DNA of 64,000 bases from Vulcanimicrobiota bacterium (GTDB lineage: Bacteria > Vulcanimicrobiota > Vulcanimicrobiia > Vulcanimicrobiales > Vulcanimicrobiaceae). Shown one piece after another: positions 19,652-33,505 of the stretch. The notes below the pieces were generated by a model. The model saw nothing but the letters and a program-made list of their open reading frames with translations. It searched no databases and was not told the origin of the DNA. The position numbers were made by a program, and so were the translations under genes. The DNA is taken from assembly GCA_963695225.1 (NCBI GenBank), contig OY968762.1, positions 1,920,001 to 1,984,000 of the forward strand, given 5' to 3'. Position 1 is the first letter of the stretch. Each line of letters starts with the position of its first letter.

Positions 19652-20782
19652 CTATACGATTCCCCCTAGAACGTCCAGAACGCTTCCAAGTTCGCTCTCT
19701 TCGGTGTCCGGGCCGAGGGATATCCGAATGGCGCCCCGGCCGACCCACGCCGGAGCCCCGAGCGCCGCAATCACGTGGCTCGGCTCGCGCGCCCCGGCGG
19801 CGCACGCGCTGCCGGCCGAGACGGCGATCCCGGCGAGGTCGAGCGCGATCAGGAGCAATTCCGAGTCGATCCCCTCGAACGCGAAGTTCGAGACGTTCGG
19901 CAGGCGCCCGGCGCCCGCGCCGTTCAGGCGCACGCGCGGGAAGCGCGCGCGCAGCCCTTCTTCGAAGGCGTCGCGGAGCCGCGCGAGGCGGCCCGCGCGC
20001 TCCCTCTGCCCGGCAACGGCGAGTTCGAGCGCGAGCGCGAACCCGGCGATCCCCGCGACGTTCTCGGTCCCCGCCCTGCGCCCGGCCTCTTGGCCGCCCC
20101 CGAGGATCTGCGCGGCGAGCGCCGTCCCATCGCGAACGTAGAGCGCGCCGACGCCTTTCGGGCCGTGGAATTTATGCCCCGCGAGCGCCAGCGCATCGAC
20201 GCCCAGCGTCCGCACGTCGAGCGGTATGCGACCCGGCGCCTGCACCGCGTCCGTATGGAAGAGGACGCCGCGCGCCCGCGCGAGCGCCGCCAGCTCGACG
20301 ACCGGCTGCAGCGTTCCGAGCTCGTTGTTCGCGAGCATGATCGTCGCAAGCACCGTATCCGCGCGCAGCGCCCGCTCGAATGCCTCGGGATCGACGCGCC
20401 CCTCGCCGTCGACGGGCAGGAGCGTTATCTCGTAGCCGTCGTCGCGCAAACGCTCGCACGCCCGCAGCACCGCCTCGTGCTCCACGGAGCAGCTGACGAC
20501 GTGCCGGCCGCGCTCGCGCCGGGCCCGCGAAAGCCCGAGGATCGCGAGGTTGTCCGCTTCGGAACCGCCGCTCAAGAAGACGATCTCGCGCGGCGCGGCA
20601 CCGAGCGAGCGAGCGACGGATTCCCGCGCAGCATCGAGTGCGGCGCGGGCCTCCCTTCCCGGCGCGTGTTGCGAGCTCGGATTGTACGGGGCCGTCTCGT
20701 ACTGCGCGACCATCGCCGCGACGACCGCGGGGTCGATGCGCGTCGTCGCGGCGTTGTCGAGATAGATGCGGCGCGCGTTCAC
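19652..20782 (-). CDS. iscS: Cysteine desulfurase (IscS/NifS family)
   Basis: IYLDNAATT, NPSS, HTDAVQ, AGHKFHGPKG, SAGSAC. Confidence 0.93.
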   Translation of the reverse strand: MNARRIYLDNAATTRIDPAVVAAMVAQYETAPYNPSSQHAPGREARAALDAARESVARSLGAAPREIVFLSGGSEADNLAILGLSRARRERGRHVVSCSVEHEAVLRACERLRDDGYEITLLPVDGEGRVDPEAFERALRADTVLATIMLANNELGTLQPVVELAALARARGVLFHTDAVQAPGRIPLDVRTLGVDALALAGHKFHGPKGVGALYVRDGTALAAQILGGGQEAGRRAGTENVAGIAGFALALELAVAGQRERAGRLARLRDAFEEGLRARFPRVRLNGAGAGRLPNVSNFAFEGIDSELLLIALDLAGIAVSAGSACAAGAREPSHVIAALGAPAWVGRGAIRISLGPDTEESELGSVLDVLGGIV

Positions 20783-22110
20783 GGCGTCTTGCGCGCCCGC
20801 CGTTCGGCCACCCACGCCGCCAGGCGCGCTTCGTCGCCGAACGAGCCGGGCTCGAAGTAGCGGCGGTCGCTCAGATTCTCCGGCAGATACGACAGCGTGT
20901 GCACGCGGTTCTCCGCGTAATCCTCGTGCGCGTAGCGGTAACCCCGTCCGTAACCGAGATCGCGCATCAAACCCGTGGGAGCGTTGCGCAAGTGCAACGG
21001 AACGGGATCGTTGCGCGTCGCTTCGACGTCGCGCAACGCCGCACCGTACGCGCGTCCGACGCTGTTGCTCTTCGCCGCGCACGCGAGATAGAGCGTCCCG
21101 TGCGCGAGCGCGTAGAAGCCCTCGGGCAACCCGACGAAATGCACGGCCTGCTGCACGGAGAGCGCGATGGAGAGACCGTGCGAATCGGCGAGCCCGACGT
21201 CCTCGCTCGCCAGGATCACGAGCCGGCGCGCGATGAAGAGCGGATCTTCGCCCGCATCGAGCATGCGCGCGAGCCAATAGAGCGCTGCGTCGGGATCGCT
21301 GCCGCGAATCGACTTGATGAACGCGCTGACGGTATCGTAATGTCCGTCGCCCTTCTTGTCGTAGCTCGTGATGCGCCGCTGCAGCGCGTCCGCGATCAGC
21401 CCGGCGTCGATCCGCTTGCGACCGTCGGGACCAGCCGGAGCGACGCCGGCCGCATACTCGAGCGTTCCCAGCGCGACGCGCGCATCCCCGTTCGCGAGAC
21501 CGATCAGACGTTCTCGCGCATCGGCCTCCAAGACGATCTCTTCCTTACCGAGGCCGCGCTCGGGATCGGCCGTCGCGCGATCGATCAGCGCGCCGATTTC
21601 CATCTCGCTCAGCGCGTGCAACACGAACACGCGCGAGCGCGACAGCAGCGCGGAGTTCACTTCGAACGAGGGGTTCTCGGTCGTCGCGCCGATCAGCGTG
21701 ATGGTCCCGTCCTCGACGTACGGAAGCACCGCGTCCTGCTGCGCCTTGTTGAAGCGATGGATCTCGTCGATGAAGAGCACGCTGCGCTTGCCGGCGGTGC
21801 GCGCGCGTTGCGCGCCGGCGACGACCGCGCGCAGATCGGCGACCCCCGCGCTGACGGCCGAGAGCGCGACGAACGCTGCCCCGGTCGTTCGCGCGATCAC
21901 CTCGGCGAGCGTCGTCTTTCCCGTACCCGGCGGACCCCAGAGGATCATCGAGGGGACGCGATCGCTCTCGATCGCGCGGCGCAGCGCGCGACCCTCCCCG
22001 ATCAAGTGCGCTTGCCCGACGAACTCCGCGAGCGTCCGCGGCCGCATGCGAGCCGCGAGCGGGGCCGGCGTCTGCGCTTCGAAGAGCCCGGCGGCCTGCG
22101 GCGGCTTCAT
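20779..22110 (-). CDS. rarA: Replication-associated recombination protein A (MgsA)
   Basis: PLAARMRP, GPPGTGKT, FIDEIHRF, GATTENPSF, IKSIRGSD. Confidence 0.96.
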   Translation of the reverse strand: MKPPQAAGLFEAQTPAPLAARMRPRTLAEFVGQAHLIGEGRALRRAIESDRVPSMILWGPPGTGKTTLAEVIARTTGAAFVALSAVSAGVADLRAVVAGAQRARTAGKRSVLFIDEIHRFNKAQQDAVLPYVEDGTITLIGATTENPSFEVNSALLSRSRVFVLHALSEMEIGALIDRATADPERGLGKEEIVLEADARERLIGLANGDARVALGTLEYAAGVAPAGPDGRKRIDAGLIADALQRRITSYDKKGDGHYDTVSAFIKSIRGSDPDAALYWLARMLDAGEDPLFIARRLVILASEDVGLADSHGLSIALSVQQAVHFVGLPEGFYALAHGTLYLACAAKSNSVGRAYGAALRDVEATRNDPVPLHLRNAPTGLMRDLGYGRGYRYAHEDYAENRVHTLSYLPENLSDRRYFEPGSFGDEARLAAWVAERRARKTP

Positions 22111-22113
22111 GCG

Positions 22114-22745
22114 CTACTTCTTCTTGGCAGGGGGCCCCGTCGGCGCAGCGGTTTCGACCGGCGCGCGCACCGTGATCGGTTTGCCTTGGCCGTGCATGAT
22201 GCCCGTCCTCGTATCGTAATCGAGGAAGTCGACGTTCTGCATCGTCGTCTCGCCGTCGCGCGCATTGACGCTCCCCTCGAGCCGGATCATGTTCGTCGTG
22301 TCGTTGAGCGTACCGCGTTCCCCCGTGATATCGCGTTTCCCCTCGACGTAATGGACGTGCCCGATCGCGGTATACGTCTTCGCGTTCCCGTCGATTTGCA
22401 GTTTATCGCAGGTCAACGTCGACGGTCCCTTGGTCAGCCGGGTCGCCTCGCCCCGGTTCTCCAGCGGCGTCTCGCGGTGGATCACGACGTTCCCGTCGAC
22501 GAGGTATTGCTTGGTCTTGCGATTCCCCGTCATGCGATCGCCCGAGACCTCGGTCCCGGAGCGCATCCCCGTGAAACGGTTCGGGATCGAGACGGCGCCC
22601 GTCTTTTCGTTGAGATCGAACGACGAGAGCTTGATGTAATCGAAATCGCCGAAATTCCGTAGCTCCGATTGCGCGAGCGCGGCGCCGGCGAGCGCAAGGA
22701 GGAGCGACGCGGCCAGGGCCGCGGTCCGAGTTTTTCCCGGGTGAG

Positions 22746-22749
<4 letters not shown>
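22114..22749 (-). CDS. LptA/OstA-like beta-jellyroll periplasmic protein
   Basis: Signal peptide; repeated 'GNV', 'TLTCDKL', 'AIGHVH', 'LEGSV' strands; GTGA overlap with the upstream gene. Confidence 0.7.
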
Positions 22750-24481
<1,732 letters not shown>

Positions 24482-24532
24482 CTACTCTGAACGTATTCCC
24501 TGCCCGGCTCCCCCGCGCCTAGTCGGAAAGTC

Positions 24533-25882
24533 TCACCCGGCCGCCACCCGGGGAAATTCGGACGTGTCGCCGAGCCCGAGCGGTTCGTCGAACGGCGCGA
24601 TCCCGCTCGAACGCTGGACCTGGGCGCCCAGCGCCGAGAGCATCTCCTCGAGCCGCTCGTGCCCCCGGTCGATGTATTCCAGGCCGATGATCTCAGTCTC
24701 GCCCTGCGCCGCGAGCCCGGCGATGACGAGCGCGGCCCCGGCGCGAATGTCCGGCGCTTCGACGGGGGCCCCCGAGAGAGGCGCCCCGCCTTTGATCAGC
24801 GCCGCGTTCCGGTCGATCTCATAGACGGCACCCAGGCGCCGCAGCTCGTTCAGGTACGAGAAGCGCGCGTTGAAGATCGTCTCCTCGATCACGCTCGTCC
24901 CCGGCGCCGTGCACAGGAATGTGACCATCTGCGGCTGGAGGTCGGTCGGGAAGCCGGGATAGGGGGCCGTCACGATGTGCGTCCCGCCCGTGACGCGTTC
25001 GGCCTCGACGCGAACCCAATCGGGGCCGCTCGAGACCTTCACGCCGCACTCCCGCAGCCGTTGCGTCAGCGCCTCGACGTGGAACGGCATGCAACGTTTC
25101 ACGGTGACGTCGCCGCGCGTGGCCGCGCCGCAGAGCATGAGCGTCCCCGTCACGATCCGGTCCGGAATGATCTCGTATTCGACGCCGTGCAGTTCACTCA
25201 CGCCTTCGATCACGATCGTCTCGCCGCCGTGCCCGCCGATGCGCGCCCCCATGGCGATCAGGAAATTCGCGAGATCGACGACCTCGGGTTCCATCGCGAC
25301 GTTGCGCAGCGTCGTCGTTCCGTCCGCCAGGACCGCGGCCAGCATCGCGTTCTTCGTCGCCCCGACGCTCGGCATTCGGAAGGCGAGGGAACCGCCGCGC
25401 AGCCGCCCCGAACGCGATTTCGCGATCAGGTAGCCGTGCTGATTCGCGACCTCCGCACCGAGCGCTCGAAAGGCCAACTCGTGCATGTCCGTCGCCCGCG
25501 TGCCCAAGATGCATCCGCCGGGGAGCGGGACTTCGGCCTCCCCGAAGCGTCCGAGGAGCGGCCCGACGATATCGAACGATGCCGCGAGCTTGCGGACCAG
25601 GGTGTACGGAGCGCGATGGGTCGCCAGATGCGAAGCGTCGATCGTGATCGTCCCGCGCCCCTCGGAGCGGACGCGCGCGCCGAGAGCCTCGAGGAGCGAC
25701 CACATGACGGAGACGTCGGTGATCCGCGGGACGCGGTGCAGCGTAACAGGCGTCTTCGCCAGCAGCGCGGCGGCCATCATCGGGAGCGCAGCATTCTTCG
25801 CACCCTGCGTCTCGACCGAGCCGACGAGACGGCGGCCGCCGCGGGCGCGCAGCGTCGTCTCGAGACGATCGAGCGTATCCAT
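24533..25882 (-). CDS. murA: UDP-N-acetylglucosamine 1-carboxyvinyltransferase
   Basis: GAKNAALP, LPGGCILG (catalytic Cys), PYPGFPTDLQ, DIRAGA. Confidence 0.95.
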   Translation of the reverse strand: MDTLDRLETTLRARGGRRLVGSVETQGAKNAALPMMAAALLAKTPVTLHRVPRITDVSVMWSLLEALGARVRSEGRGTITIDASHLATHRAPYTLVRKLAASFDIVGPLLGRFGEAEVPLPGGCILGTRATDMHELAFRALGAEVANQHGYLIAKSRSGRLRGGSLAFRMPSVGATKNAMLAAVLADGTTTLRNVAMEPEVVDLANFLIAMGARIGGHGGETIVIEGVSELHGVEYEIIPDRIVTGTLMLCGAATRGDVTVKRCMPFHVEALTQRLRECGVKVSSGPDWVRVEAERVTGGTHIVTAPYPGFPTDLQPQMVTFLCTAPGTSVIEETIFNARFSYLNELRRLGAVYEIDRNAALIKGGAPLSGAPVEAPDIRAGAALVIAGLAAQGETEIIGLEYIDRGHERLEEMLSALGAQVQRSSGIAPFDEPLGLGDTSEFPRVAAG

Positions 25883-26029
25883 CGCAAGGCTTTTTCGGGG
25901 AGGGAGGTACCGTTCCATGCCCGCTACGGGCCGAGCGTCGTTCCCGCTCTCAGATGTGCCGGAAAGCCGAGAGCCCGGGCCGGGCCGGAACGAGCGCGAG
26001 CGCGAGCGCGCACGAGGGGCGTGACGCCG

Positions 26030-27175
26030 TTAGGGAAGCGTGAACCAGACCTGATTGTGGTCGACCGCGATGTGGACGTCCTTTTGGTCGATGCCGTTGT
26101 GATCGGCCGGCGTGAATTGGATTCGCGCGGTCGCTCCGGCGTACGGCTTCATGTGCTCGAGCGCCTCGATCAGCGCGGGGCCGTCCGTCTTGCCGCCCGC
26201 CGCGCGCACCGCATCGGCCAAGATGAACGCAGCATCCCACGCGAACGCGCCGAAGTTCGCGGGGCGTGCGTGATACGCCGCGCGATATTGCGCCAAGAAC
26301 GCCTGCTGCGGTTTGTTCGGGTACGTGAAGTTGATGTCGCTGTCGGAGTAGACGCCCTCGCCGTCGTTCCCGGCGACCTTCAGGAAGTTGTCCGAGAGCA
26401 GGCCGGTCGTACCGAAGATGTTGACCTTTAGCCCGAGCTGGCGGATCTGGCGCACGATCAGCGGGCACGCCGTCGAGGCTCCCCAGATCGCGACGCTGTC
26501 GGCCCCGGTGGCGCGAACGCGCAGGAGTTGCGCCGTCACGTCCGTCGCCGCGGTCGGATATGCTTCGTTCATCACGATCTCGATGCCGCGCTTCTGCGCT
26601 TCGCTCGCCAGGACGACCGCACCGATCTGGCCGTACGGGTTCTCGTCGTGCAAGACCGCGAGCTTCTTCGTCCCGAGCTTGTTCTTCGCGAACTCGAGCA
26701 GTGCTGCGCCCTCGGTCTCGTTGCGCGGCGTCGTCTCGAACAGGTTCTTCACGACGCCGTTCTTCGTATCCCAACTCTGGCCGGTCGGGTTCATGAAGAT
26801 CTGTGGGATGCCCGCGGCGAGCGTCACGCGGTTGATCGCGAACGTCGGGGCGGTCAGCGTCCCTCCGATGATCGCAATCGCTTTCTTCCCGACGAGTTGC
26901 GTCGCGAGTTGCGCCGCGATGTCCGGCTTGCCTTCGTCGTCGACGATCTCGATGCGTAGCGGCCTGCCCGCGATGCCGCCGCTTTCGTTGATCTGCTTCT
27001 CCGCAATCAGGAGCGCGTTGCGTTCGGGCTCGCCGAGCGGCGCGAAGACGCCGGTCGTGGACAGGATCGCGCCGATCAGGACCGGCTCGCCCTTCGGCGG
27101 GGCGGCCGCGAAAGCGCCGGCCGGAACGGCGAGCGCGCAGGCCAAGACGAAAGCGGAACAACGAGAGACCATCAT
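26030..27175 (-). CDS. LivJ/K-family ABC substrate-binding protein
   Basis: Signal peptide; IGAILSTTG, INESGGIAG, VDDEGKP. Confidence 0.87.
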   Translation of the reverse strand: MMVSRCSAFVLACALAVPAGAFAAAPPKGEPVLIGAILSTTGVFAPLGEPERNALLIAEKQINESGGIAGRPLRIEIVDDEGKPDIAAQLATQLVGKKAIAIIGGTLTAPTFAINRVTLAAGIPQIFMNPTGQSWDTKNGVVKNLFETTPRNETEGAALLEFAKNKLGTKKLAVLHDENPYGQIGAVVLASEAQKRGIEIVMNEAYPTAATDVTAQLLRVRATGADSVAIWGASTACPLIVRQIRQLGLKVNIFGTTGLLSDNFLKVAGNDGEGVYSDSDINFTYPNKPQQAFLAQYRAAYHARPANFGAFAWDAAFILADAVRAAGGKTDGPALIEALEHMKPYAGATARIQFTPADHNGIDQKDVHIAVDHNQVWFTLP

Positions 27176-27216
27176 AACCCTCCGCATGCGAAATGCGGCG
27201 GGATCGCTTGCGTTAC

Positions 27217-27621
27217 CTACTGTCTCGAGGCGTCCGGCGCGAAGCCGAGCGCCAGGGAGTTCATGCAGAAGCGACGGCCCGTCGGCGCCGGGCCGTCGTC
27301 GAAGACGTGCCCGAGGTGCGATTCGCAGGCGGCGCAGCGCACTTCGGTCCGGCGCATCCCGTGCGAATGGTCGGGACGCAGTTCCACGCTCTCGGGGTGC
27401 AGCGCTTGCGTGAAGCTCGGCCAGCCGCAGCCGGAATCGTATTTGTCGCCGGAGCGAAACAACTCCGCCCCACACGCGCCGCAGGTGTAGACCCCTGAGT
27501 CCTTCTTATAGAGATAGGCTCCCGTGCCGGCGGGCTCGGTCGCGGCCCGGCGCAGCACCGCATACTGGTCGGGCGAAAGTTCCGCCCGCCACTCGGCATC
27601 GCTCTTCTCGATTTTAGGCAT
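27217..27621 (-). CDS. msrB: Peptide-methionine (R)-S-oxide reductase, cytoplasmic
   Basis: CGAC, SGCGWPSF, RTEVRCAAC, HLGHVFDDGP, RFCMNS. Confidence 0.96.
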   Translation of the reverse strand: MPKIEKSDAEWRAELSPDQYAVLRRAATEPAGTGAYLYKKDSGVYTCGACGAELFRSGDKYDSGCGWPSFTQALHPESVELRPDHSHGMRRTEVRCAACESHLGHVFDDGPAPTGRRFCMNSLALGFAPDASRQ

Positions 27622-27665
27622 GCCTAAAGTTTCGCCGGGCCCGCCCCGCTTTGCCTTCGACCCGG

Positions 27666-28078
27666 TTAGCTGACGAGCGCGATCTTGGCGTTTGCGAAAT
27701 CGATCGCCGCTTGCTCGCGTTCGAACTCAGGCGTTTGTGGCGTCAGGCTCTTCTGCCGCTCCGTGGCCGCCGCAAGATCTTCTTTCGCGGCGGCGAGATC
27801 GACTTCGTGCTTTCCGAACGCCGCATCGACGAGGATCGTGAGGCGGTTGGGGAGCGCCTGCATGAAGCCTTCGCTCGTCGCGAACTCGATGCGTTGCTGC
27901 GCGCCGTCGACGACGACGTTCGCCCGCAAGACGCCGGGCTTGAGCGCCGTCAAAAAGGGCGCGTGCGAAGGCAGGATGCCCTCCTCGCCTTCGGTCCCGA
28001 CGCCGATCACGAGTTCGGCATCGCCCGCGAAGACGACCGCCTTCGGCGTGATCAGCTTGAACGGGAGCGTGTTGGCCA

Positions 28079-28079
<1 letters not shown>
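27666..28079 (-). CDS. atpC: ATP synthase F1 epsilon
   Basis: GEEGILPSHAPF; operon position. Confidence 0.94.
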
Positions 28080-29557
<1,478 letters not shown>

Positions 29558-29604
29558 TTACCCCTATGTGATTTCTTTGGCTGTTTGGGTGAGTCTGCGG
29601 GCAC

Positions 29605-30456
29605 TCACCCCGCAAGCGCTTCGGCTCCGCCGACGATTTCCAAGATTTCTTTCGTGATCGAGGCCTGGCGGGCTTTGTTCATCTCGATCGTGAGCTGCTC
29701 GATCAACTTCGTGGCGTTGTCGGTCGCGTTGTTCATCGCCACGAGCTGGGCCGCGAAGAAGGCCGCATCCGTCTCTAGCATCGCGGAATAGATCGTGAAG
29801 TCGAGATACTTCGGCAAGAGGCGCGAGAGCACGGACTCGGGCGACGGCGCGAACTCGACGGAGCCCTTGTACTCAGCCTTCTCCGCGCGCTCGCCGACGA
29901 TCGGCACGATCTTGCGGACCTCGGGCTTCTGCGACATCATCGAGACGAGCTTCGGACTCACGAGGACGATCTCCGAGATCTTCCCGGCGACGAAATCGTC
30001 GCTGACCCGGGCCGAGACGGCGCGCGCCGTCGCGAGCTTGTCGCCCTGCGAGAGCGGCCAGTACTCGCTCGCCGCGCCCATGCGCTTGACGCCGTTGCGC
30101 GCCTTCGTGCCGATCGTATACCACGCGACGTTCGGCTGTTCGCGCCGGAGTTGCTCCGCTTGGCGCACGAGGTTCTCGTTGAAGGCGCCGCACAGCCCTT
30201 TGTCCGCCGTCATCAATACGATCCCCACGGGCGCCCCGGCGGCACCCGGTTTGAGGAACGGATGGTCGACGGTCCCGACGCTCTCCATCAGGTCGCGGAG
30301 CATCTCCGCGAGCTGATCGGCGTACGGACGCGACTGCTTCTGGAGGATCTCGGCACGCCGAATCTTCGCCGCGGCCACCTGCTTCATCGCTTTGGTGATC
30401 TGCTGCGTGTTCTTGAACGACTTGATCCGGTCCCGAAGGTCGCGAACGCTAGCCAC
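29605..30456 (-). CDS. atpG: ATP synthase F1 gamma
   Basis: QITKAMK, DKGLCGAFN, RQASITKEILEI. Confidence 0.97.
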   Translation of the reverse strand: MASVRDLRDRIKSFKNTQQITKAMKQVAAAKIRRAEILQKQSRPYADQLAEMLRDLMESVGTVDHPFLKPGAAGAPVGIVLMTADKGLCGAFNENLVRQAEQLRREQPNVAWYTIGTKARNGVKRMGAASEYWPLSQGDKLATARAVSARVSDDFVAGKISEIVLVSPKLVSMMSQKPEVRKIVPIVGERAEKAEYKGSVEFAPSPESVLSRLLPKYLDFTIYSAMLETDAAFFAAQLVAMNNATDNATKLIEQLTIEMNKARQASITKEILEIVGGAEALAG

Positions 30457-30483
30457 GGGCGGCCTCTGAGCTGAGCGTACGCA

Positions 30484-31983
30484 TCAGAACGATCTGTTGA
30501 ACTCGACGATCGCAGCTTCGAGAAGCTTCGCCGTGTCGTCCGAGAGTTGCGAGGTCTTCGCCATCGCCGCGGGGACCGCGGCGTGCTTGTCGTGCAGGAA
30601 CGAGACGAAGCCGTTCGCCCATTCCTGGACGCGCGGCGTCGGCACGTTATCGAGGTGCCCCTTGCCGGCGGCGTAGATCACGGCGACCTGATCCTCGACC
30701 GGTTGCGGCGCGAGCTGCGGCTGCTTGAGGAGTTCCGTCATCTTCTCGCCGCGCGTGAGCTGAAGCTGCGTCGTCTTGTCGAGGTCCGATGAGAGCTTCG
30801 CGAACGCCGCGAGGGCGCGATACTGAGCGAGGTCGAGCTTGAGGCCGCCCGCGACGGAGCGCATCGCCTTGATCTGCGCCGAACCGCCGACGCGGCTGAC
30901 CGAGATGCCGACGTCGACGGCGGGGCGGACGCCCTGGAAGAAGAGGTCGCTCGTCAGGTAGATCTGCCCGTCCGTGATCGAGATCAGGTTCGTCGGGATG
31001 TACGCGGAGACGTCGCCGGCCTGCGTCTCGATGACGGGAAGCGCCGTGAGCGAGCCGCCGCCCTTGGCGTCGGAGAGTTTCGCCGCGCGCTCCAAGAGGC
31101 GGGAGTGCAGGAAGAAGATGTCGCCCGGATACGCTTCGCGCCCCGGCGGCCGGCGCAGCAGCAGCGATACTTCGCGGTAGGCCTGCGCGTGCTTCGTGAG
31201 ATCGTCGTAGATGATCAGGACGTCTTTGCCCTCGTACATCAAGTGCTCGCCCATAGCGCAGCCCGCGAACGGAGCGATGTACTTGAGCGCGGCGGGCTCC
31301 GCCGAGCTGACCGTGACGATCGTCGTGTACTCCATCGCGCCGTACTTCTCGAGCGTCTGCGCGAGCGCGGCGATCGTCGAGTTCTTCTGCCCGATCGCGA
31401 CGTAGATGCAGAAGACGTTCTTCCCCTTTTGGTTGACGATCGCGTCGAGCGCGATCGCCGTCTTCCCGGTCGCGCGGTCGCCGATGATCAACTCGCGCTG
31501 CCCCTTGCCGATCGGGATCAGCGAGTCGATCGCACGGATGCCGGTCTGGAGCGGCTGCTTGACGGGCTGGCGCTCGATGACCGTCGGGGCGGTATTCTCG
31601 ATCGTGCGGTACTGCTTCGAATCGATCGGACCTTTGCCGTCGACCGGCTGGCCGAGCGGATTGACGACGCGTCCCAGCAGCAAATCGCCGACCGGGACGG
31701 AGGCGATGCGGCCGGTCCGGCGGACCTTGTCGCCTTCCTTGATGTCGGTATCCGCGCCCATGATGACGACGCCGACGTTGTCCTCTTCGAGATTGAGGAC
31801 GATACCCTGAACGCCGTTCGGGAACTCGACGAGTTCCGATGCTTGGGCCGCTTCGAGTCCGTAGATGCGGGCGATGTTGTCGCCGACCTCGATCACGGTC
31901 CCGATCTGGTCCTCGTGCACCGAACTCTTGTAGTTCGCGATCTGTTGTTTGAGTATTCCGGCAATTTCGTCAGCGTTGATCAT
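30484..31983 (-). CDS. atpA: ATP synthase F1 alpha
   Basis: [28 protein letters not shown]. Confidence 0.98.
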   Translation of the reverse strand: MINADEIAGILKQQIANYKSSVHEDQIGTVIEVGDNIARIYGLEAAQASELVEFPNGVQGIVLNLEEDNVGVVIMGADTDIKEGDKVRRTGRIASVPVGDLLLGRVVNPLGQPVDGKGPIDSKQYRTIENTAPTVIERQPVKQPLQTGIRAIDSLIPIGKGQRELIIGDRATGKTAIALDAIVNQKGKNVFCIYVAIGQKNSTIAALAQTLEKYGAMEYTTIVTVSSAEPAALKYIAPFAGCAMGEHLMYEGKDVLIIYDDLTKHAQAYREVSLLLRRPPGREAYPGDIFFLHSRLLERAAKLSDAKGGGSLTALPVIETQAGDVSAYIPTNLISITDGQIYLTSDLFFQGVRPAVDVGISVSRVGGSAQIKAMRSVAGGLKLDLAQYRALAAFAKLSSDLDKTTQLQLTRGEKMTELLKQPQLAPQPVEDQVAVIYAAGKGHLDNVPTPRVQEWANGFVSFLHDKHAAVPAAMAKTSQLSDDTAKLLEAAIVEFNRSF

Positions 31984-32016
31984 CGTGTCGTCCTTAGCAG
32001 AGGAGTTGGGTCCGCG

Positions 32017-32559
32017 TCAGTTCTTCGCGAACAACAGGCGGGAGAGTTCGTCCAGGCGGCCGGCGATCGAGCCGTCGACGTAGCGGTCGCTCATCGTGAT
32101 GCGAACGCCGCCGAGGATCTCGGGCTCCACCTTCTGCGTGACCTCGAACGTCTTCCCGAACTTCCGGGAGAGGCGCGCGACGATCGCGTCGAGTTCGGCC
32201 TTCTCGAGCGGCCGGGCCGAGGCGATCTCGAGGGGTTCGCGATCCTTCTCGGCGAGCAAGAGCTTCTCGTACTGTTCGAGGATCGGCCCCAAGAGCGCCT
32301 CGCGGCGCTTGCGGATCAGGAGCAGCAGCGTGTGCAGGGCGACCACGCCGAGCCGCGGCGCGAACGCATCTTCGATCGTCTTCGTCTTCTCGCCGCGGTC
32401 GATGACCGGGGAGATGAAGAAGCGGCGGATCGTATCGTCCGCGGAGATCGTCGCGTAGGTCTCGCGCAGGTCCCGGCCGACGGCCTCGACCGCGTCGCTT
32501 TCCTTCGCGAGAGCGAAGATCGCGGTGGCGTAGCGGCGTGCGACGGTTTCGTTTGCCAT
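32017..32559 (-). CDS. atpH: ATP synthase delta
   Basis: VARRYATA...EILGG...VDGSI. Confidence 0.93.
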   Translation of the reverse strand: MANETVARRYATAIFALAKESDAVEAVGRDLRETYATISADDTIRRFFISPVIDRGEKTKTIEDAFAPRLGVVALHTLLLLIRKRREALLGPILEQYEKLLLAEKDREPLEIASARPLEKAELDAIVARLSRKFGKTFEVTQKVEPEILGGVRITMSDRYVDGSIAGRLDELSRLLFAKN

Positions 32560-33065
32560 CAGCCCCGTACCCCGTCGTTCTCGATCGACTCGATCACGTC
32601 GCCGATGATGCGCTGGTTCGTCGCCGCGTCGACGCGCCGAGCCGCGCCTTCGCGCGCGATCTCGAGCGCCCGCGTGAGGATCCGGGCACGGAGCCGCTCG
32701 TTCGCGGAGGCCCGCCCCCGGACGAGTTCGCCCTGCGCGTTCGCCAACGAGCGTTCGCCGTCGGCCTTCGCCTCGGCGAGGATCCGGGCGCGCTCCGAGA
32801 GCGCGTCGTGCTCGCCGCGCTCGCGGATGCTCGCGGCCCGCGACGCCGTATCCGAGATCTCGCTCCGGGCGCGCTCGACGTCCACCTTGGCGGCGGCCCG
32901 CTGACGCTCCATCTCTTCGATCTCGGCGTTCTTCGCGGCCTCGGCGCCGGCGATCGCCGGCGCTAGGAATTTGCGGAACAGGAAAGTGAGAACCCCGACG
33001 AACGCGAGCGCGCCGAGTATTTGGCTCCAGCGCGCGAGCATCTCGTAGAACGGGTCGACGGTCAT
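32559..33065 (-). CDS. atpF: ATP synthase F0 subunit b
   Basis: N-terminal TM then charged helix; operon position. Confidence 0.85.
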   Translation of the reverse strand: MTVDPFYEMLARWSQILGALAFVGVLTFLFRKFLAPAIAGAEAAKNAEIEEMERQRAAAKVDVERARSEISDTASRAASIRERGEHDALSERARILAEAKADGERSLANAQGELVRGRASANERLRARILTRALEIAREGAARRVDAATNQRIIGDVIESIENDGVRG

Positions 33066-33496
33066 CGGCTCCCTCCGAACGAGAACGCCTTCTCGACCAT
33101 TTGATCGGCGAGCGATTGGGCGAGGGCGCCCTCCGATACCGTCGCCGCCTCCAGCTCGCGGGCGACGGTCGCCCGATGCGCGTCGGCGATCGCCGCGGCT
33201 TTTTGGGCGTACTCCGCCGCGATGCCGGCCGCTTCGGTCGAAGCTGCGGCCCGGGAGGCTGCGACCTTCTCCGCCGCTTCCTTACGAGCCGCGGCGAGCG
33301 TCGCTTCGGCGCCCGCGCGCAGCGACTTCGCCTCGGCCTCGTAGGCCACGGTATCGCTCTTGAGCCCGTCGATGTATGCTCGACGCTCCCCCAGCGCCTT
33401 CGAGACGGGACGCAAGAAGACGCGATCCACGATGAAGTAGAAGATCGCGAAATTCGCGAGCTGGAACCAGAACGTTCCGTCGAGCGAGAGGAACAT
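33062..33496 (-). CDS. ATP synthase F0 subunit b' (second b-type subunit)
   Basis: LDGTFWFQLANF...FLRPVSKALGERR, typical of b'. Confidence 0.85.
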   Translation of the reverse strand: MFLSLDGTFWFQLANFAIFYFIVDRVFLRPVSKALGERRAYIDGLKSDTVAYEAEAKSLRAGAEATLAAARKEAAEKVAASRAAASTEAAGIAAEYAQKAAAIADAHRATVARELEAATVSEGALAQSLADQMVEKAFSFGGSR

Positions 33497-33505
33497 CGGC
33501 GGTGC

